DNA of 64,000 bases from Thecamonas trahens ATCC 50062 (GCF_000142905.1 NW_013657634.1:1-64000), one strand, 5' to 3'; positions 1-12,578 are shown, counted from the first letter of the stretch. Numbers and translations are program-made. The notes: generated by a model not told the origin, from the sequence alone.

Positions 1-32
1 CCCCCTCCCCTTCCCCAACAGACACGAGTTGT

Positions 33-3000
33 TTACAGATCGTCAAGCGACGCAACAGCATTGTCTCCACGCAGCCGATGCGATGCTCCACCAATGGTTG
101 CGCCACACTCGTTGCATGCTCCCTGCACCATTGCTCCGCCGCACTCGGTGATGACGTAGATGTGGCCGTTCGGACACTTGAAAAAGTGGCCCTGGCTGTT
201 CCACCCGCCTTTCGCGCTGAGCGTTGCCAAGGCCGTCCTGACGCTCTCCTTCTCCGCATCGCTGAGCGGCTGAAAGAAGATCCCATCCTTCAACGCCGCA
301 GCCATCCGCGTAATGCTGCTCTCCATCACCGCCGCCGACTCGCGCGCTGCCGCATCCGTTGTCTTGCTCAAGGCTTCTAGCACATCCGCAACCGCCTCTT
401 CCATCTCCGGCCAAAGATGGATCTGTTCGCCACTTGGCCGCGCACTCTGCACACCCGCCATGCATCCAAGCACCACTCGGCCGAGATGCAGCGCAACCTC
501 GGTCTTGAGACTTGCTCCACAATCCGCCCACACCGCCATCGCCTCCTCAAGCACTCGCCGCACGCAGTTGTCCACCTCACCTACCATGGCCGCCGCCCGC
601 TGCTCGGCGCTTGCCACAGGGTCGGCCTCGGACTTGAAAAACGCCTCGACTTGCGCAGCATTTGAATCGTGCTTGCGGCGAGCCACACTAGTCCTCGCCA
701 CAAGCTCTGCCACCATCGTATCCACAGCCGGTGTCGTCACGCTCGTCGAAAACCCGACCTGATCCGTTCCGCCGACCTTCACCAGGTACATCGGCGTCAC
801 GTAGCCGTTGTCGTAGAAAACAATCTCTGACGCCGCACCATCCCTAATCCGCCCATGGACGTAGTCATGATTCTTGGGCGGGCGATCGAACCTTTGCGGC
901 CCAGGAGCTAAATACTCGGTGCCGCAGTGCGCAGCAACCACGAGGAGCAACCCACTGCCTTTCGAGTAGGAAATGGCTTTGCGTGGATCGGGCGTGGTGT
1001 AGATGCCCCGACCAAAGGTGCCACCGCGCCCCAGCCGCGCATCGTTGCCCTCGTCCACGATATTGCGCACGGCCTCTTGACTCGTCCCATGAAAGTACGC
1101 TCGGGTTGCTATCACCTTCTCCGCGGCTTTTTTCGCAGCAGCCGCCTTGCCCTTGCCCTTGCCCCTGTACTTGGACCGATGCCGCTTCGTCAGCGCCGCC
1201 AAGAGGTTTTTGCGTCCGTTATCAAATACCTCTTGGCCATGGACAGAGTCGATCCGCACCACTGCCTCCGCACTCATCCCGCACGATGTCAGCGCGTTTC
1301 CAATCATCCGACCCACCGCCGAGTCAAGCTCCACCTCAACGACCTCACCGTCGACCACTGTCTCTAGATCGGCCACAATCCCAGCCCAATCGCCACGTCC
1401 TGATGCTCCTGCACGCGATGGCGCTGCTACCACTGCCGCTGACTTCTGCAGCTTGGCCCGGATTGTCTGCACGTTCCTAGCCTCATGCGCCAGCTCCGCC
1501 AGCTCCGCCATCCCCACCATAGACTCAAGGAGTGCCTTGCGGGTTACCAGTCGCGAGTCCTCGGAGACCATCTCCTGGATGTCAGCCACAAGTGCCTGAT
1601 CAGCAGCGCTCAGCACCGCGTCGTGCCGCAGTCGCGCCATCGCCTCCCCCAACTTGGCCTGCGGCGGACGGCACCGGGTCACCAGCTGCGAGACTTGCTT
1701 GCGCACCTTTGCAGCCTTGGCTGTCGACAGATCGGCGTCGACGAGAGCGCAGTACTTCTTTGACAGCGTCGCCATGGCCTGTCGAAAGTGAAGCCCGTCC
1801 TTTTGCGTCATCCGCGCCTTCTTGAGCTCGTACCGCGCGTACCGATCAACCCCGCATACCGACCGCGCTCGGCAGTGTGGGCACCTGGGCATCGCCGCCG
1901 CTGTCTCCTCACCACTCACCTGTCCGCTGACTGCAGAGGTTACGATGCCATCGAGCGTCTCCACTGTTAGCGCATGTCCGCATGACAGCAGGATGAGTGG
2001 TGACTCATCCGGGTCGTGCTCGACAAGCGACGTGCACATCACCATGTCCACCATGTCGTCTGCGTGTGCCGCCGGCGCACATCCGTCACCGGCGCCGACA
2101 ATGCACTCACGGCAGTACTCGGGCGAGAGGCAAGTCTCGCTGCAGAGACCAGGGCAGCGATGGCCACATACCAGCTTCTTGTCACATCGCGCGTCGCAGC
2201 GAGGGATGCGGCACGGCGCAGAGCACGGGAACGGCGCGCAAATCTGCATCTCCTCACCAAAGTGATGACATGTTCGCGCGAGGCAAGGCTCGACGCATAC
2301 AACCGGACACAGCTTGCCGCACGGCTTCTTGCACGCTCCCGCATGGTCGCACCCCACATCGCAAGGCTCGCTACATGGCGGGCACGGCTCTGAGCCGTGG
2401 CACTTGGCCTGGCACAAGTGCCCGCACATCCCAAGCAGCCGTCCACACTTGGCTTCACACTCGCCATCGTGCACGGCGCCGATCGTCGTCAACTGCGGCG
2501 CCTTTGAGCTGCACAGCGAGCACGGCCGCATACAGGCATGACCACAGGCCAGCTCTCGAGAGCACTTTTTCTCGCAGCGCAGCTTCGACCTAGTGTCGGG
2601 ATCGTTCGCTGCGTGACACGTTGTTGCCTTGAGATGTCCACAGCGCTCGAGTTTGATCTTCACCTTCTTGGTGCACTTGGCCGTCCCACTTGCCGCTTTG
2701 TGACACGGGACTGTCACCGTGTGCTTGGCAGGGCAGTCGGCGACTACCACCGGCACCTTCTCGGTGCACTTTCCGCACTCCTGGTAGCACTTTTTCCGGC
2801 ATGGATGACCATCAGGGCACCCGCGCGGCACCCGCTGGCACTGGGCAAGGCACCGAGTCGCCCAGTGCTCGCGATCTTGGACATGGCATCGGAGTGGGCA
2901 CACATGTCCACATGCCATCAGCGTCTTGCAGAGCTCGTTGCAGCCACCCTCGGGTGATGCAGCTGCCACATCGCTCGCACTTGCCACCCGCTGCACTTTG

Positions 3001-6000
3001 TCGGGATGGTTCGGACACACAAGCTCGAGGTAAGGATGAAGGAGAGAGGCTTCGTCAAGCATCGGCAGCACATCATGTGCCCAAAACTGAGATCCCGACG
3101 CCTCAAACGTTGACGCCGAGCCAAAGAGAATCATGCCGTGCTTGGCCCGCGAGAGGAGCACGTTGGCCCGATTGGCCCACTTGAGGAATCCGATGTTGCC
3201 GCCCGCATTGCTCCGCACCAGCGACACCAGCACAACGTCTGACTCCTCGCCCTGAAAGTTGTCCACAGACGCCACCCGGATCTGGCTGCCGAGCTTGGCT
3301 GTCGTCACGCTCTTGCCCTTGCTCTTACTCGAGCTCCCGGCGTCACTGTCATCTTCCTCGCCGTTGTCGTCGTCACTCTCGGCCAGCGCCGCCAGCTCTT
3401 CGACGTCGGCATCCGAGATGATCACGCGGAGCTTGGACTTTTGGAGCTGACTGCGGATGACCTGCAGCTGGCCGACGTACGGCGTGAGAATGGTGATCTC
3501 GTTCTGGCCGTAGCCCTGTCGCGCGAGAAAGCCCGCCACCGCCACAACCATCTGGGCCTCGGCCAGATTGCTCTTGGACGACGACGTGCCGTTCTGCGCC
3601 CCGGCCTCGGGCCACGAGTGGTCAAAGAACGCAAGCCGGGTGTTGAACCCACGCATCGGCGGATAGTTGTGCACCCTGTCCGCGTCGGCGATGTTGATCC
3701 CGTTTTGCTCGTAGAGCGGCCGAATGGTATCGGCAATGGTGGGCGCCATCCGCCACTGCACCGTCAACTCCTGCGACGGCAGCGGCGCGTCCGGGTCTGA
3801 GATCAGCCGCTCAAACGTCGAGACATCCAAGTTATGCCCCCGTCCCGATTCGGTCTGCAGCTGGTAGCTGTTGACCTTGGGTCGGAGCTGGAAGTGATCA
3901 CCGATGAGCACCACATGCTCCACGCCCTTGGACAACGTCGCAAAGAGGTGCGCTTCAGACACTTCGGCCGCCTCCTCGCACACCACCACCTTGGCAATCC
4001 CGGTGAGACTAGCCCCGTACTTGGCCATCCCGGACGTTGTCGCGCCTATCACCTGCATGTTCAGCAATATCTCACGATTACGCGACGCCTCGACCTCCTC
4101 CATCGCCTTTCGCGCATTGGCGTGGCCTTTCTCGTACATCTCCAGCTTCTCACGCCACTCCATCGCAAAGTGCGCCCGAATCGCTGCCACCACCGCGTTC
4201 CGCTCGGCTTGTGTCAGCTTCTGCAAGTCCCGACTCGTCAGCTCGTCAAGCACCACTTTCTCGCCAGTCGGTGCAGCCCTAGACATCAGCTTCTGCACGA
4301 GATCAGCCCGCTCACGCTTGAGCGCAGCGAGATGCTCAGCCTGCTCAGCCCGCGCCGCTGCCACCTGCTCCTCAAGCCATGGCTGCGACGGTGCGCCGCC
4401 ACCTGCGCTCGGGCCTTCGCCCCCAGTACCGAAAACGGGTTTTTGCTCATAGCTGGGAGGCCGAGCTCCTGCTGGCTCTTCTTGCGCTCTCGTCCGTCGG
4501 CCATAGTTGCACTCTCGATGAACTTGATCTGGGCCTCGACATCGCGCTTGCGCTCCCGCCACACTGCGCACCGCGCCCACTCGCTCAGCTCCATGCCGGC
4601 AGAAAGGTTGTAAAGCGAAGCGACGAGCTCGTCAACCGAGCCATGGCTCTGCCCATCGCCCTCGGTGTACAGCACTTCAACCATGCTGTCCAAGTCGGCG
4701 TTGCAGAGCTTGCTCACATCGAAGTCGTAGCTCCTGACACAATCCAGCGCCTTGCGCATGGCCCTGCCGTAGTCGCGATTGCCGCGATCGTTGTTGTGCC
4801 TCAACCGGAGGTTGTGAAGTGAGAGCTCCTGCAGTGCCTCCGACTTGGAGCGTGCACCGACACGAGCAATCTTGGTCATGCCCACAGCGAGAAGCGCTTC
4901 GAGGAACTGGTCGAGCGCATGGTTGGTGAAGCAGACACAGAGAATCGGCCCGGACACATCATCAGGGCTCCGATCAAGGATGGCGCGCAGCAGCTGCACA
5001 ATTCGCACGCCAACGTAGGTCTTGCCGGTTCCAGGTGGGCCCTGGATAATGCTCATTCGCGTCGTGAGCGCGAGCTTGATGCATGCCACCTGCGCCTCGT
5101 CGAGCGACGACGCGGCCAAGAGTGAGGCACTTGGGAAGCAAGCTGGATCATGTGGGTCATAAGAAAGGTAAGCATCGCCCATGGTCTCCTTCTCGGCATC
5201 GGTGAGAACCCACGAGAGATCGATTCTGTCGAGCGACGCGATGTAGTTTGGGATAGACAGCCGCGGACCGCGCGATCGCGGCGACTGGGTGAGCACGTCG
5301 CGGAGGTCGAGAGTGAGCAGCGAGTCTCGACCGAGCCTCTGAAGCGAGTTGAGAACATGCTCGTAGGCAAAGAACGAGTCTCCGGCAGAGATGATAAGGG
5401 TGAGAGTGCCGCGGCGGTACTTGATGAGGTCGTCCATGCCGGCAATGCCAACCCGCTTGCGCCGCGAGTTGGCGACCAGATCCCCGACCAATAGATCAGA
5501 GTGGACGACCTTGGTCCCGATGCCGCGGATGGTCACGTAGCCACACGCTCGCTCATGGTCAAAGTCGTACCGCGACTCGCCGCGTGGCCGCGTCAGAAAG
5601 CAAACTACACCCGTGAACGAGTTCCCGGCATCGTCACAGATCGTGACGAGCGTACCGACCGAGAGCGTCTTGCTCTGCCCCCACCACTCCTTCATCGCTT
5701 GCAGTGACGTCTTCCACGCGCGCTTCTTCTCGTCATCACTGGGCAAGCCCGGCCAGGCGGCGGTGCCTTTCTCGAGCGCCTTGTCTGGGACTCGGAACTG
5801 GATGGTAGCGGTTGAGCCGGCGCGCTTGTCGAGGCCCATGTGGATGACAGAGGCGTGGCCGAGGACAATGATGTCGTTGGCTGACTGGCGCACAAAGGCT
5901 GGCGCATTGCTAAGGACTTCCTCGAGGCGATGGCGCTGCTCCTTGAGCTTGCGGGGGCTCTTCGAAGACTTGCTTCGCGATGAGCGGCCGCTGTGGCGGA

Positions 6001-7573
6001 GCCGGATCCGACCAGCTGCGTTGGCAAGGAGAGGCAGCTGGCTCGGCTGCATCTCCTTGGCCAGCACAAAGCCAGCGCGCATCGGCTCGAGCATGTCGTG
6101 CCGCATGAGCCGAAAGTTGAGATCGAGTAAGCCCTCAAGCCGGTAACCGTCGTCATCAAGCGAGCGCGGCGTCTCGATGTGGAGCATGCTCTGCGCCTCG
6201 CCCGGGTCGAGCTCACGAAAAGCTGCGAGCGGAAGGTCCGCAGCGGTCGACGGATGCGGACGAAACGGAAGAGCTAGATCCGTGCCGGTGTAGGCGAGCT
6301 CAGCAAGCTGCGGCGCGACCTCGATGCACCGATAGTCAGCCCGATCGTTGCGGAACCGCGCACCTGTGGCAGCCATCTCACCAGGCAGCTTGGCCACGCG
6401 CGGCAGCTGCCGGCGGGACTGTGGCGGACGCGGTCGTGTCGCGCCCCTACCCGATGCCGACACAGTGCTCGGCTGATGCCGCACCAGATTCACCAGGTCG
6501 TCCAGTGCACACTGCGTCTCATGCGAGAGATCCCCGGACATAACGGCAGTTTGGGCGCCAAGAGCCGCAAGGAGGTCAGAGACCTCACAGGGAACAACGG
6601 CGTCTGCCCCCCCGAGACTGTAGTTACCGGTCTTTGGATCGGCAGCCATCACCATGGCATAGGCTGCCCGAACAAGACCACGAAGCGCGCACTCGTCGAT
6701 GCTTCTCATGGCCCCGAGCACCTTGATGTTGCGGAAGAAGACGCCATGAGCGACGGCAAGGACAATGTCGGCCTTGACATTCGACCGTATGATGCGAGAA
6801 ATACTCGAGCCAAAGATGACGTCAAGAAAGCGGCCGATGCTTTCGACAGCCATGCTCGAGAGGTCGGCGGTGATCAGCTTCTTGAACGACGACATGCTCA
6901 CTTTGTCCCCAATGACGTCCTCCAGAACACCAACGCCTGACCGGGACTTCACCGCTTTGGCTGTCACTCCGACCAGGGCATCGATGAGGCGATGGGCACA
7001 CCACCCAGTCTTCCCCACCTTCTTGAGCTTCCAAAGCATATCGGTGTGAGTGGCCTCCCTCTCCTCTGCTTCGGGATTGTCTGCTGCGCCCTTGCCGTGA
7101 CCACGACCGTGACCACGACCTCGACCGCGACCGCCGCCGCCACGGCGACCACGACCACGACCATTGCCGCGACCACGGTCTCGGCTGCGGCCACGGCCAC
7201 GACCACCACCGCGACCGTGGCCATGGTTGCTCTGCTTTGTCTTGTTGTGCTTGCGCTTGCCGTCGCCGTTGCCGTTGCCGCTGCCGTTGCCGAAAACGAA
7301 ACTGCCCTCAGTTCCAGTCGACCGATCATCCGACCGCATCGAGCCACTGCGGGTCCCCCCACCCTTGCCATTGGCCCAGCCCTTGCCCTTGTCCTTGCCC
7401 TTGCCCCCACTTCTCTTAATGCTCTGCCTGTTGTTCATGGGCCTCTCGGTCTGAGCTTGCCGCTTCTTGCGTTCTTGGTAAAGCTGACCAAAACGGAGAC
7501 GCGTGCCGAGAGAAAAACTGACGTCGCCAGAATCGACCTCGCTCGGTGGTGCGGCAGCTAGGAATGTGGCCAT
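33..7573 (-). CDS. ZNFX1: ZNFX1-like SF1 (Upf1-type) RNA helicase with NF-X1 zinc fingers, RING-like domain, inserted PARP catalytic domain and C-terminal RZ finger; one frameshift at ~4420-4424
   Basis: ORF 4286..8026 has GPPGTGKT and CFTNHALD. ORF 33..4580 has EEAAE, IGDHFQLRP, QWRM, TPYVGQ, VDNFQGEESD and NRANVLLSRAKHG, then repeated CGHxCxxxCH fingers, LSCGH...CPHC, FHGT..GRGIY..SY..SEIVFYD and CPNGHIYVITECGGAM..CNECGATIGG. Adding one G to the G5 run at 4420-4424 joins the two ORFs. The start is uncertain (ATG 7573 or 7438). Confidence 0.9.
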
Positions 7574-7718
7574 GTGTAACTTCCGTTCTCCTGGCATGTT
7601 GAGGATAGCCACTGACAAGAGCGATGTGATGCGGTATGGGAGCTGTGGGGCGGTGGCCAGTCTGATGGCTCGGTTGGTGGCTAGCATAGCCATCATCGCT
7701 TTGGAAAACAAGGGTGAT

Positions 7719-8177
7719 TTACGTGCGGTCGGCAAGGGTGGCACGGAGGATCTGCTGCTGCTCGACAAGCTTCGACTCGAGCTGATCGATCTCGGTCTGC
7801 AAGATGCCACAGTTGATGCAGTCGTTCTGCATCGCCTCGGCCTCGGCCAACTCGGTGCGGAGGCGGTGGATCTCCTCGCAGAAGTCGCGCTCGCGGGCAC
7901 GCATGTCCTCGACTTCGGCGGCGAGGTTGGCGCACGATGCTGTGGTCCAAGCAACAGCCTCGGCACAGCCTGTAGAGCTGAGCTGCACTCGCAGCCGGTT
8001 GCAGGTGCCAGCACCTCCACGATCAACCACCTGCGCGAGGAGAGCGATCACGCGGTCGGCTGGAGCGCCGACGGCCACAGCCGCTGCTAGCTCTGTGATC
8101 TCGGTCATGATGTCCGCGTACTCGTTGGCCTCATGGCAGAGAGTGGCATAGTCAGCGCTCGACGTGGTGTGGGACAT
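7719..8177 (-). CDS. small coiled-coil protein with a CxxC motif (hypothetical)
   Basis: 152-aa ATG-initiated ORF with protein-like composition and heptad pattern (LAAEVEDMRARERDFCEEIHRLRTELAEAEA, CINC); no family recognised. Confidence 0.5.
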   Translation of the reverse strand: MSHTTSSADYATLCHEANEYADIMTEITELAAAVAVGAPADRVIALLAQVVDRGGAGTCNRLRVQLSSTGCAEAVAWTTASCANLAAEVEDMRARERDFCEEIHRLRTELAEAEAMQNDCINCGILQTEIDQLESKLVEQQQILRATLADRT

Positions 8178-9637
8178 GATGGACAGTGCTTGTCGAGATG
8201 CGAGAGCAGTGTGACTACCTGAGCCCCACCAAGGAGAACTGCGACTCGTGCTTCTATGGCTCGGCCGACGTCACACTCTTCTTCCACTCGTTCCCGTTTT
8301 TGGGAAATAGTATTGTTTCCCTGCCATGCCGGGTCGCGACCATGCCAGCCAGGTATGGCCCATGCTACAGCCATGGAAAACGGAACGCAAATCGTGCGCA
8401 GAGTGAAAGGAAGCAGAGCCGATCGGGGCTTGTGATGGAGCAAATACGCGGCGAAAAACAAGTAGAGGCGGCGTGCAGCGAGCAGCGAGCTGGCGTAAGT
8501 GATGGGAGCCTCGCTGCATTCGAGTAGTCGAAGGAGGTCGACATCGGAGATCTGCTCATAGTCGCACGCGTGGCTGTGAGATAGTTTACGTGTGCCCATG
8601 GCGGCTGAAAGGAGGTACCTACAGCGGCTCCAGCTCGTGGTCGCTGGCATGGTCGTCGTCATATCATCGGGATGAGGTGCTGGGATAAAGAGTGGCGAGT
8701 CGTCGGGGAGCTGCTCAGGTGGGCCGGCGACGACGACATCGGGGTGGGCGAGGAGAAGGCAGACGATGGCAGTGTCGGAGTGAGAGAGGGCGATGCGGAG
8801 TGCGCGGTTGTTGCCGGCGGCCGGCTGGATGGCCGGGTGGTTGAGGAGGAGGGAGACGCAGGCGTGCTGGCCGGCGTCGACAGCGGCGTCGAGGGAAGGC
8901 GCGCCCGGTACAATGGCGGCGTGGGTGAGGAGGAGGGCAAGCGCGCGGGCATGGCCGGCAGTGGCGGCAGCCAGCACCGGCGCATTGTCGCCGGTGGCCG
9001 GATCGACAGCCTCGTGGGCGAGAAGGAGGGCGAGGGCGTCGACAGCATCCGCGGCGGCAGCGGCGACAACCGCAGCGTTGTCGGCGTCGCTCGGGTCAAC
9101 TCGCCGGTCGGCAAGGAGCAGGGCGAGTGAGGCGACGGCATTGGCACTGGAAGCCGCCCGGACTGCTGCGTTCTCGCCCTCCATGGGATCGACGTCGGCG
9201 TGGGCGAGGAGGGCAGCGACGATGCGCTGGTGATCGGCGCGGGCTGCGGCGACGAGCGGCGGATCGAGGCCGGGCACACGAGCGGCGACGACATCCGAGC
9301 GCGCCAAGAGCTGGGCCACTAGCTGGCCCCAGACGGAGTGGGAGGCGACGGCCGATGGCGGCGCGGCGAGGGCGAGGGCGAGGGCACGGGCAGCCTCGAC
9401 GACATCGGCGGGTGGAACGGCCATCTGCGCGGCGCGCCAGAACCGACGCACGGCGCACCAAGCCGGACCGCAGAGCGCGCGGGCTTTGTTCCTTGAAAAC
9501 TCGTCGCCCAAGAGGCAGCGGTGTGCGCGGCGCGAGGTCCGCGCCCAGGCCACAACGTCAGCAGCGGAGAGCACGGCGGACCGCGTCGAGTAGGCGATGT
9601 GGTGGAAGAGCTCGGCGGGAAGCGCAGATGCGTTCAT
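8105..9637 (-). CDS. F-box-like N-terminus + ankyrin repeat protein (the true 3' end may lie nearer 8650)
   Basis: N-terminal LPAELFHHIA...LSAADVVAWARTSRR, then repeats DPxxxDNAAVxAAxxxGHxxxLALLL. The last ~170 aa do not look like conserved protein. Confidence 0.75.
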   Translation of the reverse strand: MNASALPAELFHHIAYSTRSAVLSAADVVAWARTSRRAHRCLLGDEFSRNKARALCGPAWCAVRRFWRAAQMAVPPADVVEAARALALALAAPPSAVASHSVWGQLVAQLLARSDVVAARVPGLDPPLVAAARADHQRIVAALLAHADVDPMEGENAAVRAASSANAVASLALLLADRRVDPSDADNAAVVAAAAADAVDALALLLAHEAVDPATGDNAPVLAAATAGHARALALLLTHAAIVPGAPSLDAAVDAGQHACVSLLLNHPAIQPAAGNNRALRIALSHSDTAIVCLLLAHPDVVVAGPPEQLPDDSPLFIPAPHPDDMTTTMPATTSWSRCRYLLSAAMGTRKLSHSHACDYEQISDVDLLRLLECSEAPITYASSLLAARRLYLFFAAYLLHHKPRSALLPFTLRTICVPFSMAVAWAIPGWHGRDPAWQGNNTISQKRERVEEECDVGRAIEARVAVLLGGAQVVTLLSHLDKHCPSCPTPRRALTMPLSAMRPTSTRTS

Positions 9638-9796
9638 GACGGCGAGGCAGAGCAGAGAGAGAGGATGAGCACGAGGAAGTAGTTACGTGTGCCCGTGGCA
9701 ACGGCTAGTTCTGCGGAAGACGTTCTGGTGCGGGAATAACCGCAGTGAGGCGTGCAGCTCCGGCGGAGCGGCGTGGCAGGCTGCGCGGATAAAATT

Positions 9797-10201
9797 TTAC
9801 GCTTTGGCTGCCAAAGTTGGTCGGGCGCTCCTTAGCCCTTTTCGGAATGGACACTTTTGTCCATCGCGGCAAGCCGCGCTCCGCGACGCTCCACAGACGT
9901 CGCAACGTCCGTGAATTGTTGTACAAAAGTAGTACAATGTGTTAATGGCTGCCACAACAGAAAACAGTCGGCGATGCAGAGATGGACGCCGCACGCGGCG
10001 CAAAAGGTCCGCGGCCGCGTTCGATCGCTTACCATGAAGCTTCCGGCATGCGAGGCAGTCGCGTTGCAGAGCGGCTTGTTGGCGAAGGTGGTGATGATAA
10101 GCAGCCGCTGCAGAGGGACGCTTCCACTTGCGCGACGTCGCGGAGCTGACGGCGTCGGGGCTGGCGGCGAGGGCGTCGATGATGTCGTAGAGAAAAGCCA
10201 C
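9797..10201 (-). CDS. possible small hypothetical protein
   Basis: ORF with a plausible N-terminal half but a non-ATG start and no motif. Confidence 0.2.
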   Translation of the reverse strand: MAFLYDIIDALAASPDAVSSATSRKWKRPSAAAAYHHHLRQQAALQRDCLACRKLHGKRSNAAADLLRRVRRPSLHRRLFSVVAAINTLYYFCTTIHGRCDVCGASRSAACRDGQKCPFRKGLRSARPTLAAKA

Positions 10202-10378
10202 GCGAGCTACGGCGGGGCGTAGGCTCGGCCGCCATCACGTGCGGGCGCGCCTCCCACCTCAAGCCGCAGGCCAAGCAGGCGTCGCGCACCGTCTGCCGGT
10301 AGCCTGGAAATCAAGCATCATGGATTTGTTCACTTTGAGACGCGCGACAACGCGTCCGAACGACCGTACCGTTAAGGG

Positions 10379-12150
10379 TTAGATGGGCTCGCCGTCGAGC
10401 CAGCGCTCCATCATGGAGAGCGAGGCCTGGGCGGCAAACTGGGGGATCATGTGGCCGGCGCTCATGACCGAGGCAAAAGTAAAGTCATGGCTGTAGTTGA
10501 CCTTGTAGCCACCGAGGACGGAGCCGTAGATGTTCTCGTAGTACCAGGGAGTCCACGACTTGACGGTGTCAAAGCCGAGCCCAGCGGTCCACTCCCACGA
10601 GCCCGAGAAAGGGACGCAGTCGTCCTCCATGCCGGACTGGATGAGGACGCGGTACTTGGTGGCGAGGTCGGCATAGACCGGGCGAAGGTCCATGGCGGTG
10701 CGGCTGTACTGGAACGGGTAGCGGTGGACGTCGGTGCGGATGTGGAGAGCCTTGAGGACGTCAGGGTTCTTGAGGTATGCAGCCATGGCGGTCTCGGCGC
10801 CGCAAATGTAGGTGCCCGGCTGGCCGAGGTTTCCAGCGGCGCGGAGCTCTGCGACGCGGGCAGCGACGGCGGCGCGCTCGGCGTCGTGGATGCCGTAGAC
10901 GTCGATGGAAGCGCGCCACTCCCAGTCGTCGCCAGCGAGGGCGTGCTTGTTCCAGCGCTTGTCGTGCCACATGCGGTCGATGCGGGCGCCCGACTCGACG
11001 ACATCGTAGCGGTCGTTGAGAGAGAGCTGAGTGTTGGCGCAGTTGTCGAGAACGTTGTAGATGAAGAAGTTTCCAGCCTCGTCATTCATGCGGTCGATGA
11101 GAGCGGAGCACTGGGTGTTGGGTGCAGCCCAGTCGGTGCAGACGGCCTTCATCTCGGCAAATGTCAGCGGCGACATCATGTGGAAGGCGGCCAGGGTCTC
11201 GGACTGGATGCGCATGGCCTGCGGCGAGCAGGTGCCGATCTCGAGGCCGATGCAGCCGTCAGCGAGGGCGATGCCCTTGAGATTGATGTTGTTCGAGTTC
11301 TTGTCGATGAGGTCGGCGAGCATGATGCCGTAGACGCCGGCGTACGACTCGCCGGTCACGTAAAAGTCGTTGGCGACAAATTCGGGGAACTTTTCAAAGA
11401 ACTTGAGGACGGCGTGGTAGTTGTCGATGGCAGTCGAGGTGTCGTTGAACGAGCACGGAGTGTCGCAGTACGAGAAGCCGACGGTGGCCGGCGACTCGAT
11501 GACGAGCACGTTGGCGACGGTGTTCCACGCGTATGGGTTGGCAAACAGAGTCGGCACGCCCGAGGTGTTGGAGGCCAGCGAGTGGATGTTGGTGTTGAGC
11601 GGGCCGCCCTCGGTGTAGAAGAAGATGAGCGAGCTCGAGCCCGGGCCGCCGTTCTGAAAGATGACAACCGGGTCCTTCTCGGGCGAGCGCTGCGACTCGG
11701 CGAACATGTAGTGGTAGTGGTGGCCGTTGGCAAGGTCGAGATAGCCCGAGTACGTCTTGAACGAGGTCTTGCCAAAGCCCGGTGTGATCTGCAGGGAGAG
11801 GGGGGGAGGGGAGGGGGGGGGGGAGGGGAGTCAGTGAGCTGTGGCCATGGCCGTGACTGTGGTTATGGGTATGGCGGTTGGGGAACGGGTATGGTGGTGA
11901 CGGAGGCAGGGGAGGGGAGGGGGAGGAGGGAGGGGAGGAGGGAGAGGCGAGATAGAGAGAGAGAGAGCGGGTCCCGCGGGGTCATGTCCTCCCTCCTCCT
12001 CCCCTCTCCCTCCGCCCCATGGGCATACCCGTAGGTCACGTGCGCAAGGCGAGGGAGGGGACGTACGGGGACAAGGTCCTCGGTAGGGGCAGCAGAGGCA
12101 GCAGATGCAAGGAGCACAGCAGCCACAGCAAGGGCAAGGACAATGCGCAT
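10379..12150 (-). CDS. serine carboxypeptidase, peptidase family S10 (2 exons: 12150-12067, 11788-10379)
   Basis: Signal peptide MRIVLALAVAAVLLASAASA; YSGYL, NGGPGSSS, GESYAG (catalytic Ser), DDCVP (Asp), AGHMIP (His). The phase-0 GTACGT..CAG intron 11789-12066 joins the exons in frame. Confidence 0.93.
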
Positions 12151-12297
12151 GCTGTGCTTGCGAGGGAGAGATAGGTGTGGATGAAGGGGAAGGGGGAGAG
12201 GAGGGGGTGGGGGGTGGGGGGGGGGGGGGGGGGGGGGTCGCGTGGTCGGTGGTGGCGGGTCGTGGTGGTCGCACATGCCGCTTTCCGCAGCCGATAC

Positions 12298-12578
12298 CCA
12301 TGGGGATGATGGTGGCAACAGCCATGGGGATGATGGTGGGCAACAGCCATGGGGATGGATGGTGGCAACAGCCATGGGGATGATGGTGGCAACAGCCATN
12401 NNNNNNNNNNNNNNNNNNNNNNNNNNNNNNNNNNNNNNNNNNNNNNNNNNNNNNNNNNNNNNNNNNNNNNNNNNNNNNNNNNNNNNNNNNNNNNNNNNNC
12501 AACAGCCATGGGGATGATGGTGGCAACAGCCATGGGGATGATGGTGGCAACAGCCATGGGGATGATGGTGGCGGCAAC
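12298..12578. repeat. 24-bp minisatellite (GCCATGGGGATGATGGTGGCAACA)n spanning an assembly gap
   Basis: About 4 copies before and about 3 after the N run; no unique spacers. Confidence 0.9.

Noticed and set aside
4420-4450. Programmed -1 slippery site in ZNFX1
   Set aside because: No canonical X XXY YYZ heptamer; similar homopolymer breaks occur in unrelated genes, which favours sequencing error
7574-8026. N-terminal extension of the helicase ORF
   Set aside because: Non-ATG start and overlap with the more protein-like 7719..8177 ORF in another frame
10451-12034. 527-aa plus-strand ORF (likewise 22269..23528, 29246..30673, 47340..48848, 56475..58631)
   Set aside because: Shadow ORFs overlapping well-supported genes; expected from high GC3 codon bias
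12298-12578. 24-bp repeats as a CRISPR array
   Set aside because: Head-to-tail copies with no unique spacers, no cas genes, eukaryotic context
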